Positions 17,710 through 25,709 of a stretch of 64,000 nt of DNA are shown here, piece by piece (position 1 is the first letter of the stretch; each line of letters starts with the position of its first letter). The position numbers and the translations under genes are program-made. The notes beneath the pieces were generated by a model, which was given only the letters and a program-made list of their open reading frames with translations, was not told where the DNA came from and made no database searches. This DNA is from a virus, in IMG/VR virus record IMGVR_UViG_3300031576_000031, positions 1,014 through 65,013 of that record; one strand, written 5' to 3'.

Positions 17710-18618
17710 CTAGACGTTAGCAACCTCCAGGGCGCGCGACCAAGCTTTAGCCTTTAGGAGTGCACCGCTACCAAGCATACTAGACTTCAAACGAGATTCC
17801 GCTTGTCTGACACTATCTTCCCCTGCACCCCGGCTTGCGCGAAAATGGTCCACATATTCCGTTACAGCATTGAACGCCCCCCACAAAGTTCCCTTGACTC
17901 CGGGGATTTCCGAACCCTTCCCGGAGTCAACCAAGGTCAGAATCTCCGCCCGGTTACTCTTGGCCCGGGTCGAATCGGCAACGCCAAAAACGGAATCTAG
18001 ATACGTTCCGACCTTGGCCGAATCCAGTCTAGTCTCTACAAGTCGGCCCGCCATCGGGAGTAAATCATCATAGTACTTGCGCACCAAACCAAGGATACGG
18101 CCAACTTCCTCTAGTTTGCGGTCCGTATCTCCGCTATGGCGGATGGATACAATATTAGTTTTCGCGCCAAGGGACGCAAGGAAGCTATTGTAACAGATAA
18201 TCCTAATGGGTGTCATCGAAATTGAATGAGGGGGCGAACCGTCAAAGCTATTGTACAGAGTGAAATTCTGACGGAGCGTATCTCCGTCAAGCCCGGGAAT
18301 CTCGATAGTTTCCGGGAGCGTAAGCTGTACGAAGGATTGAGCGCCCAGACCGAAACTTCCCGCGCGTTCCGGGAACGCCCCTTCGCGCAAGAATTGATTC
18401 ACAATGTCAAATCCGTCAATGTTGTTAATGGGGGAATACCTATCCCCCATAACGGACAGTACATCCCCGGTATCCCCCCGAACCACGGCCGAAAATCCTT
18501 CAACCGGGAGTCTTGCGCCCCCCAAAAAAATCGGTTCCTTCCCGGCCGTGAATCCGATTCCGCCCTTGTCCAAAATTTCGGACAAACTCTTAGACCCGGA
18601 CACGTCATGACTACTCAT
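17710..18618 (-). CDS. DUF932-family (phage/plasmid-like TIGR03299) protein
   Basis: VVRGDTG.VL, AGSFGLGAQSF, LYNSFDGS, TPIRIICYNS, IRHSG, GTLWGAFNAVTEYVDH; start after GGAAAGGGGATTGA RBS. Confidence 0.85.
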   Translation of the reverse strand: MSSHDVSGSKSLSEILDKGGIGFTAGKEPIFLGGARLPVEGFSAVVRGDTGDVLSVMGDRYSPINNIDGFDIVNQFLREGAFPERAGSFGLGAQSFVQLTLPETIEIPGLDGDTLRQNFTLYNSFDGSPPHSISMTPIRIICYNSFLASLGAKTNIVSIRHSGDTDRKLEEVGRILGLVRKYYDDLLPMAGRLVETRLDSAKVGTYLDSVFGVADSTRAKSNRAEILTLVDSGKGSEIPGVKGTLWGAFNAVTEYVDHFRASRGAGEDSVRQAESRLKSSMLGSGALLKAKAWSRALEVANV

Positions 18619-18793
18619 ATCAATCCCCTTTCCTCGAACGCTACAGTATCTCCCACATCCCCGGAACACCCGGGGATAAAACGCTATCGATATCGGTCCC
18701 GGACCAAATGACCGTTACCCGGACGATATCAAGGACGTCCGCAATCGTCGTCTCATCGGTTCTCATCGTCAATCCCCTTTCCATCTACTCATG

Positions 18794-18821
18794 AGACTAT
18801 CACATAGGCCGGATATGTCAA
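18794..18821 (-). promoter_or_regulatory. Candidate sigma70-type promoter for the leftward module
   Basis: TTGACA (18821-18816), 16-nt spacer, extended -10 TG-A-TAGTCT. Confidence 0.5.
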
Positions 18822-18912
18822 ATAATCGTCCGCCCATTCGTATTGCCCATTACGCCTATCCCATGGGTCCGCCATGGGCGGGCGTCGAAGTAGGCGGAGA
18901 TATAGATAGGTT

Positions 18913-19371
18913 GCAAAGCGTATGCCATATTCCCGGCCGATTTCAGTCTAGCAAGTCATATGCAAATTGTTGCATACTTCAATGGCATACGCTTTGCTTG
19001 TGTTTTTGTGGCATACGGATTGCCTAGCTTGATTGGCACGCCAATTGCTACAGCAAATCCCGTGCCAGAGGAAGTGTAGTAAATTTCCCACGTCTCATTT
19101 TTCCTACGCCAAATTTTCTTGGCGTTGTAAATTTACCACAGTGGTAAAAATGAGACTGTTACCAAAAGGTAACATTATCATTACTTCGCCGGTACCCTGT
19201 TGGTACAAGGCGGATGTTACTGTATTTCCAGGATTCCAAGGAAGTGATACTATACTATTGGCGGAATGGCATAAACTGTTACAAAAACTAGGGTACTTTT
19301 TGTAACAGTTAGGGGATTGATATCATTTTGTCAAGTTTTTATGTAAGAAAACTCGACATGTTTTTCTTACA
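18913..19371. repeat. Dense inverted-repeat cluster at the strand switch
   Basis: IRs: 15 bp 18913-18927/18983-18997; 11 bp 19092-19102/19146-19156 enclosing a 7-bp and an 8-bp hairpin; 6 bp 19158-19173; 14 bp 19274-19287/19297-19310; 10 bp 19342-19351/19362-19371. Confidence 0.8.
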
Positions 19372-19744
19372 AGCCACAATTGGTAAACAAATTATTAGTA
19401 ACGCTTGGCGTTATGCCCCGTCTAACTCGTATCTTTAAGGGACTAGTCGTGACAAAAGCAAATGGGACCAAGAAGGCTCTCCAGCCTATCATCGTTGGAC
19501 AGCATAGTAGAATTCAAATCTTGCGGGATGTTTATAAGAAGTTAAATGATATGCACGCCTATGCTTCAATTGAGAATATCGAAACGATTCCCTCGTTCAG
19601 ACAAGTATTGAAGAATGACATTGAATCACTCATCGATTATATCGAGAGGCTCCTCTAAAATTACCCCAAGAATTTGACCAAGTGAAATTGAGTATGTCGA
19701 GTATGACCCATGGGGGCGCTAGGATTATCATTACTTCGCCGGTA
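19174..19744 (+). repeat. Exact 21-bp direct repeat ATTATCATTACTTCGCCGGTA, two copies
   Basis: Copies at 19174-19194 and 19724-19744. Confidence 0.85.
19413..19658 (+). CDS. Hypothetical protein
   Basis: Track ORF 19380..19658; first ATG at 19413. Confidence 0.45.
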   Translation: MPRLTRIFKGLVVTKANGTKKALQPIIVGQHSRIQILRDVYKKLNDMHAYASIENIETIPSFRQVLKNDIESLIDYIERLL

Positions 19745-19770
19745 TGGATGATACAGGAGGATTGAGACAA

Positions 19771-19965
19771 ATGAAATGGATCAGACACGAGCACGCGCAT
19801 GAACTTGCGGAACTTTAGGCGGTACTTGAAAATAGGTACGATACAAATGGTCACCCTAAAGCTGGGAAACTTTTTGATCTTGCTTGGAAATACGGACATT
19901 CCGAGGGTGAGAGTGGAATTGAAAACTTCTACTGCGAGTTGATACAATTAATCCAATGGGATTGA
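19771..19965 (+). pseudogene. Small phage gene interrupted by an in-frame TAG at 19816-19818
   Basis: AGGAGG RBS; MKWIRHEHAHELAEL*AVLENRYDTNGHPKAGKLFDLAWKYGHSEG...; the HPKA.KLF.LAW.YGHS pattern is recalled from phage hypothetical proteins. Confidence 0.6.
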
Positions 19966-20098
19966 CTCTGTTCATTATTAGTGAACGGTACTAAAACAGT
20001 GAACAAGAACCTTACATTTTATGTAATATTGGTGCAATAACAAGTCGTAACATTACATCAACACCGTCGTCTTATGCTCGTTAGGAGGATTGATACAA

Positions 20099-20389
20099 AT
20101 GACTAAAAAGATGAAGATTGAGTACGCTATTGATATCACAGCAGATGATATCAAAAGGGGTATTAAGAAAAGTTCCTTATCTTGTCCGCTAGCAAGAGCA
20201 ATATACCGCGAGATTGGTTGTTGTAAGCCGATAGTTCATGCTCAGAGGGCGTATATCTACAGAGATACTTTCAATATCAATGACGCAGGACGAGACTTCA
20301 TCCAGCAGTTTGACAAGGGTAAGAAAGTAAAGCCGATCACGGTAAAGTTGCTTAAAATCACAAAGATTTTGAAGAAGAGTGGGCTATGA
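20099..20389 (+). CDS. Conserved phage hypothetical protein
   Basis: AGGAGG RBS; DIKRG...CPLARAI...FIQQFDKG motif. Confidence 0.7.
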   Translation: MTKKMKIEYAIDITADDIKRGIKKSSLSCPLARAIYREIGCCKPIVHAQRAYIYRDTFNINDAGRDFIQQFDKGKKVKPITVKLLKITKILKKSGL

Positions 20390-20607
20390 GCCCACATAAC
20401 GAAGTTAGGCGATACATTTATTCCATTACGGCAATGGTTAACAATCTGAATAAGCTATGGGATTCTTATCCAGTCCATGAGAAAGATGGTCTTGAGAAGT
20501 CAGAAATGATCTTAAAGGATATATTAATTAGTATTCGTGGGATACACAATACCTTTAAGCAGGGTATTGACCAGATCATTCTAGGACTCGATAGGAACCA
20601 ATCCTAG
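20386..20607 (+). CDS. Hypothetical protein
   Basis: 73 aa, ATGA overlap. Confidence 0.6.
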   Translation: MSPHNEVRRYIYSITAMVNNLNKLWDSYPVHEKDGLEKSEMILKDILISIRGIHNTFKQGIDQIILGLDRNQS

Positions 20608-20686
20608 CCATTTTTAATAGCGGATGGTACTTTGATAGCCTTTTGGTGTGAAAATGTCTTAAATCGAATCCTACGGGGTCCTAGCC

Positions 20687-21322
20687 CTATTCTGGGAGAC
20701 GGCGTAGTTTGATTTGGGCCTTTAGATTCTTCCGCCCACCCAATCCAAGCCTGCGATAGCCAAGGACGCGATATTGGCTGCGCTTCCCAAGAATAAGTTC
20801 CTTCTCGTTACGCACCAATGTATTACGATGGCCTACTGGCAAGCCTCTATTGGTCACAATAGATACCAACACCCCACCACTTCTCAAGATATTCCCTATT
20901 ACGCCTCTATCGGTTGAGGTAGATAGGAAGTTTTTGAATGATATTTTGCTTCCTATGCCCTTGGCGATCTTATCGAGGAAGGAGTCTGAGACGTTATCTA
21001 GGGCGGCATAAACCCGATAGTCCTTGCCAAGTGAGGTATTGGTGAGTTTGCTTAGTACTCCCTCATGTCCGGTACGTGAGCCGAGATAGTCTAAGACTTC
21101 TCTTCTATCGCCATCACTCATGCCATCCCATACCTTGTCGGTTAGATGTCTGAGATCATGGCCGTAGTGGCCGGAGAGAGAAACCTTACCTCCTCCGCCA
21201 CCTTGTCCACTACCTCCAACAAGTGGTGGCCTACCTGCGTGACCATAGTTGCCGCTAGTAGGTGCTCCTTTGGAATGGAAGTAGTCCTTATCGTTCATTC
21301 CCCTTGCTTTACGCTTATTCAT
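20687..21322 (-). CDS. ADP-ribosyltransferase-like (VIP2/C3 fold) protein with an N-terminal SGNYGHAGRP...GGS leader
   Basis: FKNFLSTSTD and NEKELIL motifs; the usual VYRG reads VYAA; start set at ATG 21322 within track ORF 20687..21370. Confidence 0.7.
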   Translation of the reverse strand: MNKRKARGMNDKDYFHSKGAPTSGNYGHAGRPPLVGGSGQGGGGGKVSLSGHYGHDLRHLTDKVWDGMSDGDRREVLDYLGSRTGHEGVLSKLTNTSLGKDYRVYAALDNVSDSFLDKIAKGIGSKISFKNFLSTSTDRGVIGNILRSGGVLVSIVTNRGLPVGHRNTLVRNEKELILGKRSQYRVLGYRRLGLGGRKNLKAQIKLRRLPE

Positions 21323-21348
21323 TTGACCGCCTAAATAATGATAATATA

Positions 21349-21555
21349 CTAATCTCGGTCGTCGTCCCAAATCCCTTCGTTTTCTGGCACACCTTGGATG
21401 TAATCATTGATTTCTATATCGCTCTCTTTGTACAAGAAATGCTTGCCATCTCCAGTCTTACGATCCTTCTCCCCAGTTGATTCCTTGTTATCTTTGAGAT
21501 CCTGCAAGACTTTCGGGTCGTTTGGATCTTTTTTGGGTTCTTCTGGGTTAGCCAT
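21349..21555 (-). CDS. Acidic low-complexity hypothetical protein
   Basis: 68 aa, GAGG RBS. Confidence 0.55.
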   Translation of the reverse strand: MANPEEPKKDPNDPKVLQDLKDNKESTGEKDRKTGDGKHFLYKESDIEINDYIQGVPENEGIWDDDRD

Positions 21556-21558
21556 TCT

Positions 21559-22032
21559 TTATTCCTCTTCTGGCGGTAGTTCAAACGGAACCTCATCCCT
21601 TGATTTCTCTACTCCATCTCGACCATCGGCTTTAGAAGCTCTACGGGTTTGAGTGGCAAATGATTTAAGTTTACTTAGGAGTGGACTTGAGACGGCGGAA
21701 CCTGGAGTAAGATTCTTGGGATCGCGTTCAATGGCCCCACTAAGTCTCGTTGTCCATTCGTTCGTGAGTCGGACATCGGCCAGATTCTTCAAGGCCGTAA
21801 TGAGGATGTTAAAGTTATCGACATCGAAAACTGTACTCATATTCTCAAGCAGAGAATACAGCTTCTCTAGAGCCAACTTTTCACCTTTGGCCAAGAGGTT
21901 ATTGATATCTCTCCTGATGGCCTGTCTTTCTCTAGCTCTCGCTATTCGAACCAATATCTTCGGATCTCGGGTATCGGTGGACTCCATCACTTCGCTTAAT
22001 TCCATCTTGTTTTCCTCCATCTTGTTTCCCAT
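21559..22032 (-). CDS. Hypothetical helical protein
   Basis: 157-aa ORF. Confidence 0.7.
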   Translation of the reverse strand: MGNKMEENKMELSEVMESTDTRDPKILVRIARARERQAIRRDINNLLAKGEKLALEKLYSLLENMSTVFDVDNFNILITALKNLADVRLTNEWTTRLSGAIERDPKNLTPGSAVSSPLLSKLKSFATQTRRASKADGRDGVEKSRDEVPFELPPEEE

Positions 22033-22051
22033 ATCATCTTGGATAAATAAA

Positions 22052-22083
22052 ACAACCTCATATCAGGTCGAATATGAGGTTGT
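22052..22083 (-). terminator. Intrinsic terminator-like hairpin
   Basis: 12-bp arms ACAACCTCATAT/ATATGAGGTTGT, followed by a T-rich run on the minus strand. Confidence 0.6.
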
Positions 22084-22175
22084 AAAAAGGAGATACGCGA
22101 GTGAAGAGTTATTCTGTCAGAAGGAGCCTCCATTAAAAAGTAGGTTTATAAAATAACAAGAGACACACTATAAAT

Positions 22176-22616
22176 TTATCCCCCACCATGAACTGCGAAG
22201 GCTTCCGGAGAGGTTACTACCTTCGCAGTATCGGCTGAGCATTCCGTAGCGTAATAGTCGCTATACTTATTTCTTACGAGTTTAATAGCCGTTACAACAT
22301 CTGGAGCCAGAACGCAAATCATACCGCCGGTCCAGTCCCTAAGTACACCCTCCCAAACGAATAACTTCAATACCACTTCTTTTTCCTTCCCTCTTAATGC
22401 CATTGCGCCCTCAACGGGGAAACTCCAGCCATTCAATTCTAAGACTGACACCGCCAAGTCGAGAGAATCAGCTTCGAGACAACCTCTAATAGCCTCCAAA
22501 CAGCTTTTTCTCCAAGAGGGATTATCCCAATCTCCATCCCCATCTCCACTAATAGTCCGTTTGTACAATTCAATAAGATTCTCATCCGAGATGCGTTCTT
22601 TATCTTTCTTGCTCAT
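22176..22616 (-). CDS. Hypothetical protein
   Basis: 146 aa ending LFVWEGVL...FAVHGGG. Confidence 0.65.
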   Translation of the reverse strand: MSKKDKERISDENLIELYKRTISGDGDGDWDNPSWRKSCLEAIRGCLEADSLDLAVSVLELNGWSFPVEGAMALRGKEKEVVLKLFVWEGVLRDWTGGMICVLAPDVVTAIKLVRNKYSDYYATECSADTAKVVTSPEAFAVHGGG

Positions 22617-22649
22617 GTTGATGAGACGACAATGAGTATGATCTGTTAC

Positions 22650-22829
22650 TTAGGATTTGTCTGGATCGGGGACTGCAACAACAATATTATTACATGTCAC
22701 CTTTGAGATATGTAATTTCTTATTAAGTTGTTGAGGATTCTTAGATGGACCAAGAATCAGATAGACCATAGCTTCTTGTCCATTACTAAAATCAGAACCA
22801 ATTTGACAAACTTCAAACGGATTAGACAT
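22650..22829 (-). CDS. Small hypothetical protein
   Basis: Hand-translated 59 aa filling the gap. Confidence 0.5.
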   Translation of the reverse strand: MSNPFEVCQIGSDFSNGQEAMVYLILGPSKNPQQLNKKLHISKVTCNNIVVAVPDPDKS

Positions 22830-22839
22830 GAACTGTTAC

Positions 22840-23166
22840 TTAGGAAGGTCTTCCAGTTTTTGGGAAGTCAACCCAGTTTCGAGTATTGACTTCTGCCCAA
22901 GCCATATCGATACATTCAGATAACTTAAAGCCTGATAGGGTGCAGTAGTGCATGAGATAAATTATGATGTCTCCAATAGCATCCTTCTTGGCCTCAATGT
23001 GTTGTTCTGGACTACCGCGAATACCTTGTTCAGCCTTGAGATGGGCATGACATAGTTCACCTTTTTCTTCGCACAATCCAAGGAGAGCTTGATAAGGTTT
23101 GGCATCGGGGAAGTTTCTTTTGGACCACTCCCCCGCTTGTTTTTGAACTTCGTCGATATCGTACAT
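22840..23166 (-). CDS. MazG-like nucleotide pyrophosphohydrolase
   Basis: LGLCEEKGEL...DAIGDIIIYL (EExxE...ExxD-type motif). Confidence 0.85.
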   Translation of the reverse strand: MYDIDEVQKQAGEWSKRNFPDAKPYQALLGLCEEKGELCHAHLKAEQGIRGSPEQHIEAKKDAIGDIIIYLMHYCTLSGFKLSECIDMAWAEVNTRNWVDFPKTGRPS

Positions 23167-23167
23167 T

Positions 23168-23578
23168 CTATCGCTCCCGATAAAATTCGGAGTGAGATTT
23201 TAAGGCAACTTTGGCTGTCTCCCTAACATCCTCGTCTGTCAGAAGACCTGATTGAAGCGCGTCGGAGTAGGTATATGGTATACCATTAATAGTACAAACT
23301 GGATCGCAATTGCCACCGAACAGGAGAATATCAAGAGCATCGGTGAAAGTAGTCTTTTCGTGTAACATCTTAAAATAATTGTCTTTCCCGACTCCAATTA
23401 CAAGTGGATCTAGTCTCTCACCTTCAAATGTGAGATAACTATCGAGTAGCATCTTGCCCTTATAATCAATTATCCTTTTTAACTGATCCCTCGTAAGTTG
23501 ATCTTCAAGAGTCTGTTTCAAAATCTTGAGAGCCATCTTCTTCGTAAGCATATTTGCTATCATTACTTTCTTTGCCAT
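23168..23578 (-). CDS. Hypothetical protein
   Basis: 136 aa, coupled to neighbours. Confidence 0.65.
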   Translation of the reverse strand: MAKKVMIANMLTKKMALKILKQTLEDQLTRDQLKRIIDYKGKMLLDSYLTFEGERLDPLVIGVGKDNYFKMLHEKTTFTDALDILLFGGNCDPVCTINGIPYTYSDALQSGLLTDEDVRETAKVALKSHSEFYRER

Positions 23579-23832
23579 CGCTTGAGCCTCTTATCAATCT
23601 TCTTTAGTGCATCACGAACAACAGAGACCTCATTTGGACCCATTTGATTGCCGAAGATAGTCGTAAGACCCTTGGTGATTGCGCCCTCAATCATCTCGAT
23701 TACTACTTCTCTTCGGATGACCTTACGCTCTGGGATGATCTCCTGTGGGGGCCCCTTAACCTCAGTCGTTGCCCCGGCAACAGTTCCCGTTGTGGGCTCC
23801 GTCGACGTCTGAGTCGTCTTCTCGTCCATCAT
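23563..23832 (-). CDS. Hypothetical protein
   Basis: 89 aa, GGAG RBS. Confidence 0.65.
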   Translation of the reverse strand: MMDEKTTQTSTEPTTGTVAGATTEVKGPPQEIIPERKVIRREVVIEMIEGAITKGLTTIFGNQMGPNEVSVVRDALKKIDKRLKRWQRK

Positions 23833-24034
23833 TGAGTACTCCTACCTTAATAAAAGTAACAAAAAGATACAGTACCGTTGCTTGCACGAATGTAAGACTC
23901 TTGAGTCCGAAGATTTGTGACACTGAAAAATGCCAAAGAATCATCAAGATCAACCCCATGAGAGAGCTTACCATTGCGAACGCTAGAAACTTAGAAACGT
24001 AACTTCTAGCCCTTAGTTTAGTAAGGAAACCCAT
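23762..24034 (-). CDS. Membrane protein with two hydrophobic segments
   Basis: Two 20-residue hydrophobic stretches; AGGAG RBS. Confidence 0.55.
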   Translation of the reverse strand: MGFLTKLRARSYVSKFLAFAMVSSLMGLILMILWHFSVSQIFGLKSLTFVQATVLYLFVTFIKVGVLNDGREDDSDVDGAHNGNCCRGND

Positions 24035-24143
24035 ATCTTTCTCCTAATAGCTTAGAAAATAACAGGCTACAACCCAAACCAATATTGAGGATAGAATAAT
24101 CATCAACAACACCCCAAGCGTTTCGGCAGGACTCTCCTCCCCG

Positions 24144-24971
24144 TTATCCATTGTTTATCCTTTCGATATATTCATTATTAAGCATTAACATCATCCGGTA
24201 AAGCGGGCTATCCTTAAAAAATTCAGCAATGGCCTTCATCTCTTTCGGTAGACACTTTCCACGTACTCCATCCTTTGCTTCTTTTAGATCCATATTCCAT
24301 TTGGTATTTACTGCCGATCTAACGGCTTCCCAATTAAACATTTCACCATCACATGAGCCCCCGAATTCCTGAGCTATAACGATCTCCATAAATCTATAAG
24401 CATTCTCGATGTTCTTCGACATAATGGCGGTTTTAGAATCAGTAGTAGCAATGTATTGTGGCTTATCCATAAAGTCAGTATAGAAGGCTACCGCTTCTGC
24501 GAGATCCTTTTTGTCATCACATCCCAGTACTCTACTGATATTAAAGACCCATTTTGTCTTATCATAAGGTACAAGACGATGAGGACAGAATGCTACTTTC
24601 AAGCCGGAATATTCGATATAGTCCAAAAGGCTGACTATATTCTTAGGTGGAACGGTTGATTCGATAATGATTAAGGGTAAATGATCTCTCTCATCGGGAT
24701 AAAGATTATTGATCTTAGCAATGACTTGGACTATTTGATCGTAAGTCCATACACAAATGAGATATATATCCGCCTCTGGCATATCTTTGAAGTCATATGT
24801 CTTATAGCCAAGAACGGAAAATTCTGTTAACTTTTCAAGATCGATATCAACTCCACTTAGCTTATAGGTTTGATTGAGTGCTAGATCGGTATCGATCTTC
24901 TCACCCAATGAAGTCAATACTGCCCCACCAATCTCACCGAGGCCGACGACCATTATCCTTCTCATGCTCAT
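24144..24971 (-). CDS. Nucleotide-sugar dehydrogenase (UDP-Glc/GDP-Man/UDP-ManNAc DH family), lacking the C-terminal domain
   Basis: VVGLGEIG Rossmann motif, IIESTVPP, FCPHRL, SKNIENAYR, GKCLPKE; only 275 aa. Confidence 0.8.
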   Translation of the reverse strand: MSMRRIMVVGLGEIGGAVLTSLGEKIDTDLALNQTYKLSGVDIDLEKLTEFSVLGYKTYDFKDMPEADIYLICVWTYDQIVQVIAKINNLYPDERDHLPLIIIESTVPPKNIVSLLDYIEYSGLKVAFCPHRLVPYDKTKWVFNISRVLGCDDKKDLAEAVAFYTDFMDKPQYIATTDSKTAIMSKNIENAYRFMEIVIAQEFGGSCDGEMFNWEAVRSAVNTKWNMDLKEAKDGVRGKCLPKEMKAIAEFFKDSPLYRMMLMLNNEYIERINNG

Positions 24972-25094
24972 CTTCCTTATCTGTTCGACGTCTTAGATGT
25001 TTACCGCTTTCCTTTTTAGAATTGCTCTCTGCCGTACAATAGAGACAACTGGCATCGCAATCTCCCATGTAATGTCTCCGAAGATTCTCGTTAA

Positions 25095-25424
25095 TCATGT
25101 AGTCTGGGGGAAATGGAATACTGAGCTTACAGGACCACATATTGTGGATGGAGACAAGTTGGGGAATGTCTTGTCATTTTCAAATACCGGAAGCGCTCTG
25201 GGAGATAGTCTTGCCAGAGATACAATATCAAAGGCTTTCTCGCCCTCTATAAACTGTACCAAGGCACGATTCCCCACAGGATCTATAGCTAGAACAATAG
25301 TCAAAAAGTTTTTACCAATCAATTTCTTATTAGATTCATCCCATGTATCAACTGAACAATTAACATAGGTATGGTCCGGGAGTCTTATAAAAGAATTGTC
25401 CATTGGGCGCACCTCAAGATTCAT
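25095..25424 (-). CDS. Hypothetical protein
   Basis: 109 aa in the operon run. Confidence 0.55.
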   Translation of the reverse strand: MNLEVRPMDNSFIRLPDHTYVNCSVDTWDESNKKLIGKNFLTIVLAIDPVGNRALVQFIEGEKAFDIVSLARLSPRALPVFENDKTFPNLSPSTICGPVSSVFHFPQTT

Positions 25425-25433
25425 ATCAATTCC

Positions 25434-25709
25434 CTAAAAAAATGGCGTCTCGCCTCTACACAGTTCCTCGTGATTGTCTGCGTGTTGTTCATAGCCCTCG
25501 ATCCATCTCCCACAACCCTTAGAACATTTCTTAGCCTTTTTAAGCATTGTATGATTGTAAAGAGGCTCGTGACGAATGATATGGCTACCCATCAGCTCAT
25601 ATTCGCCATCATTGAATTCCTCAAGACATTCTGGACACACCAGTTTGGTCTTGACAAATCTTTGGAAGTGATCGGTTGTCTCACGCCAAGAGCCGTATAT
25701 CTTCCTCAT
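25434..25709 (-). CDS. Cys/His-rich hypothetical protein
   Basis: CPEC...H and CSKGC...H...C. Confidence 0.6.
   Translation of the reverse strand: MRKIYGSWRETTDHFQRFVKTKLVCPECLEEFNDGEYELMGSHIIRHEPLYNHTMLKKAKKCSKGCGRWIEGYEQHADNHEELCRGETPFF

Noticed and set aside
14943-19750. CRISPR array or mini-array
   Set aside because: Repeats are degenerate or only two copies, with irregular spacing of hundreds of bases; no repeat-spacer periodicity and no cas gene.
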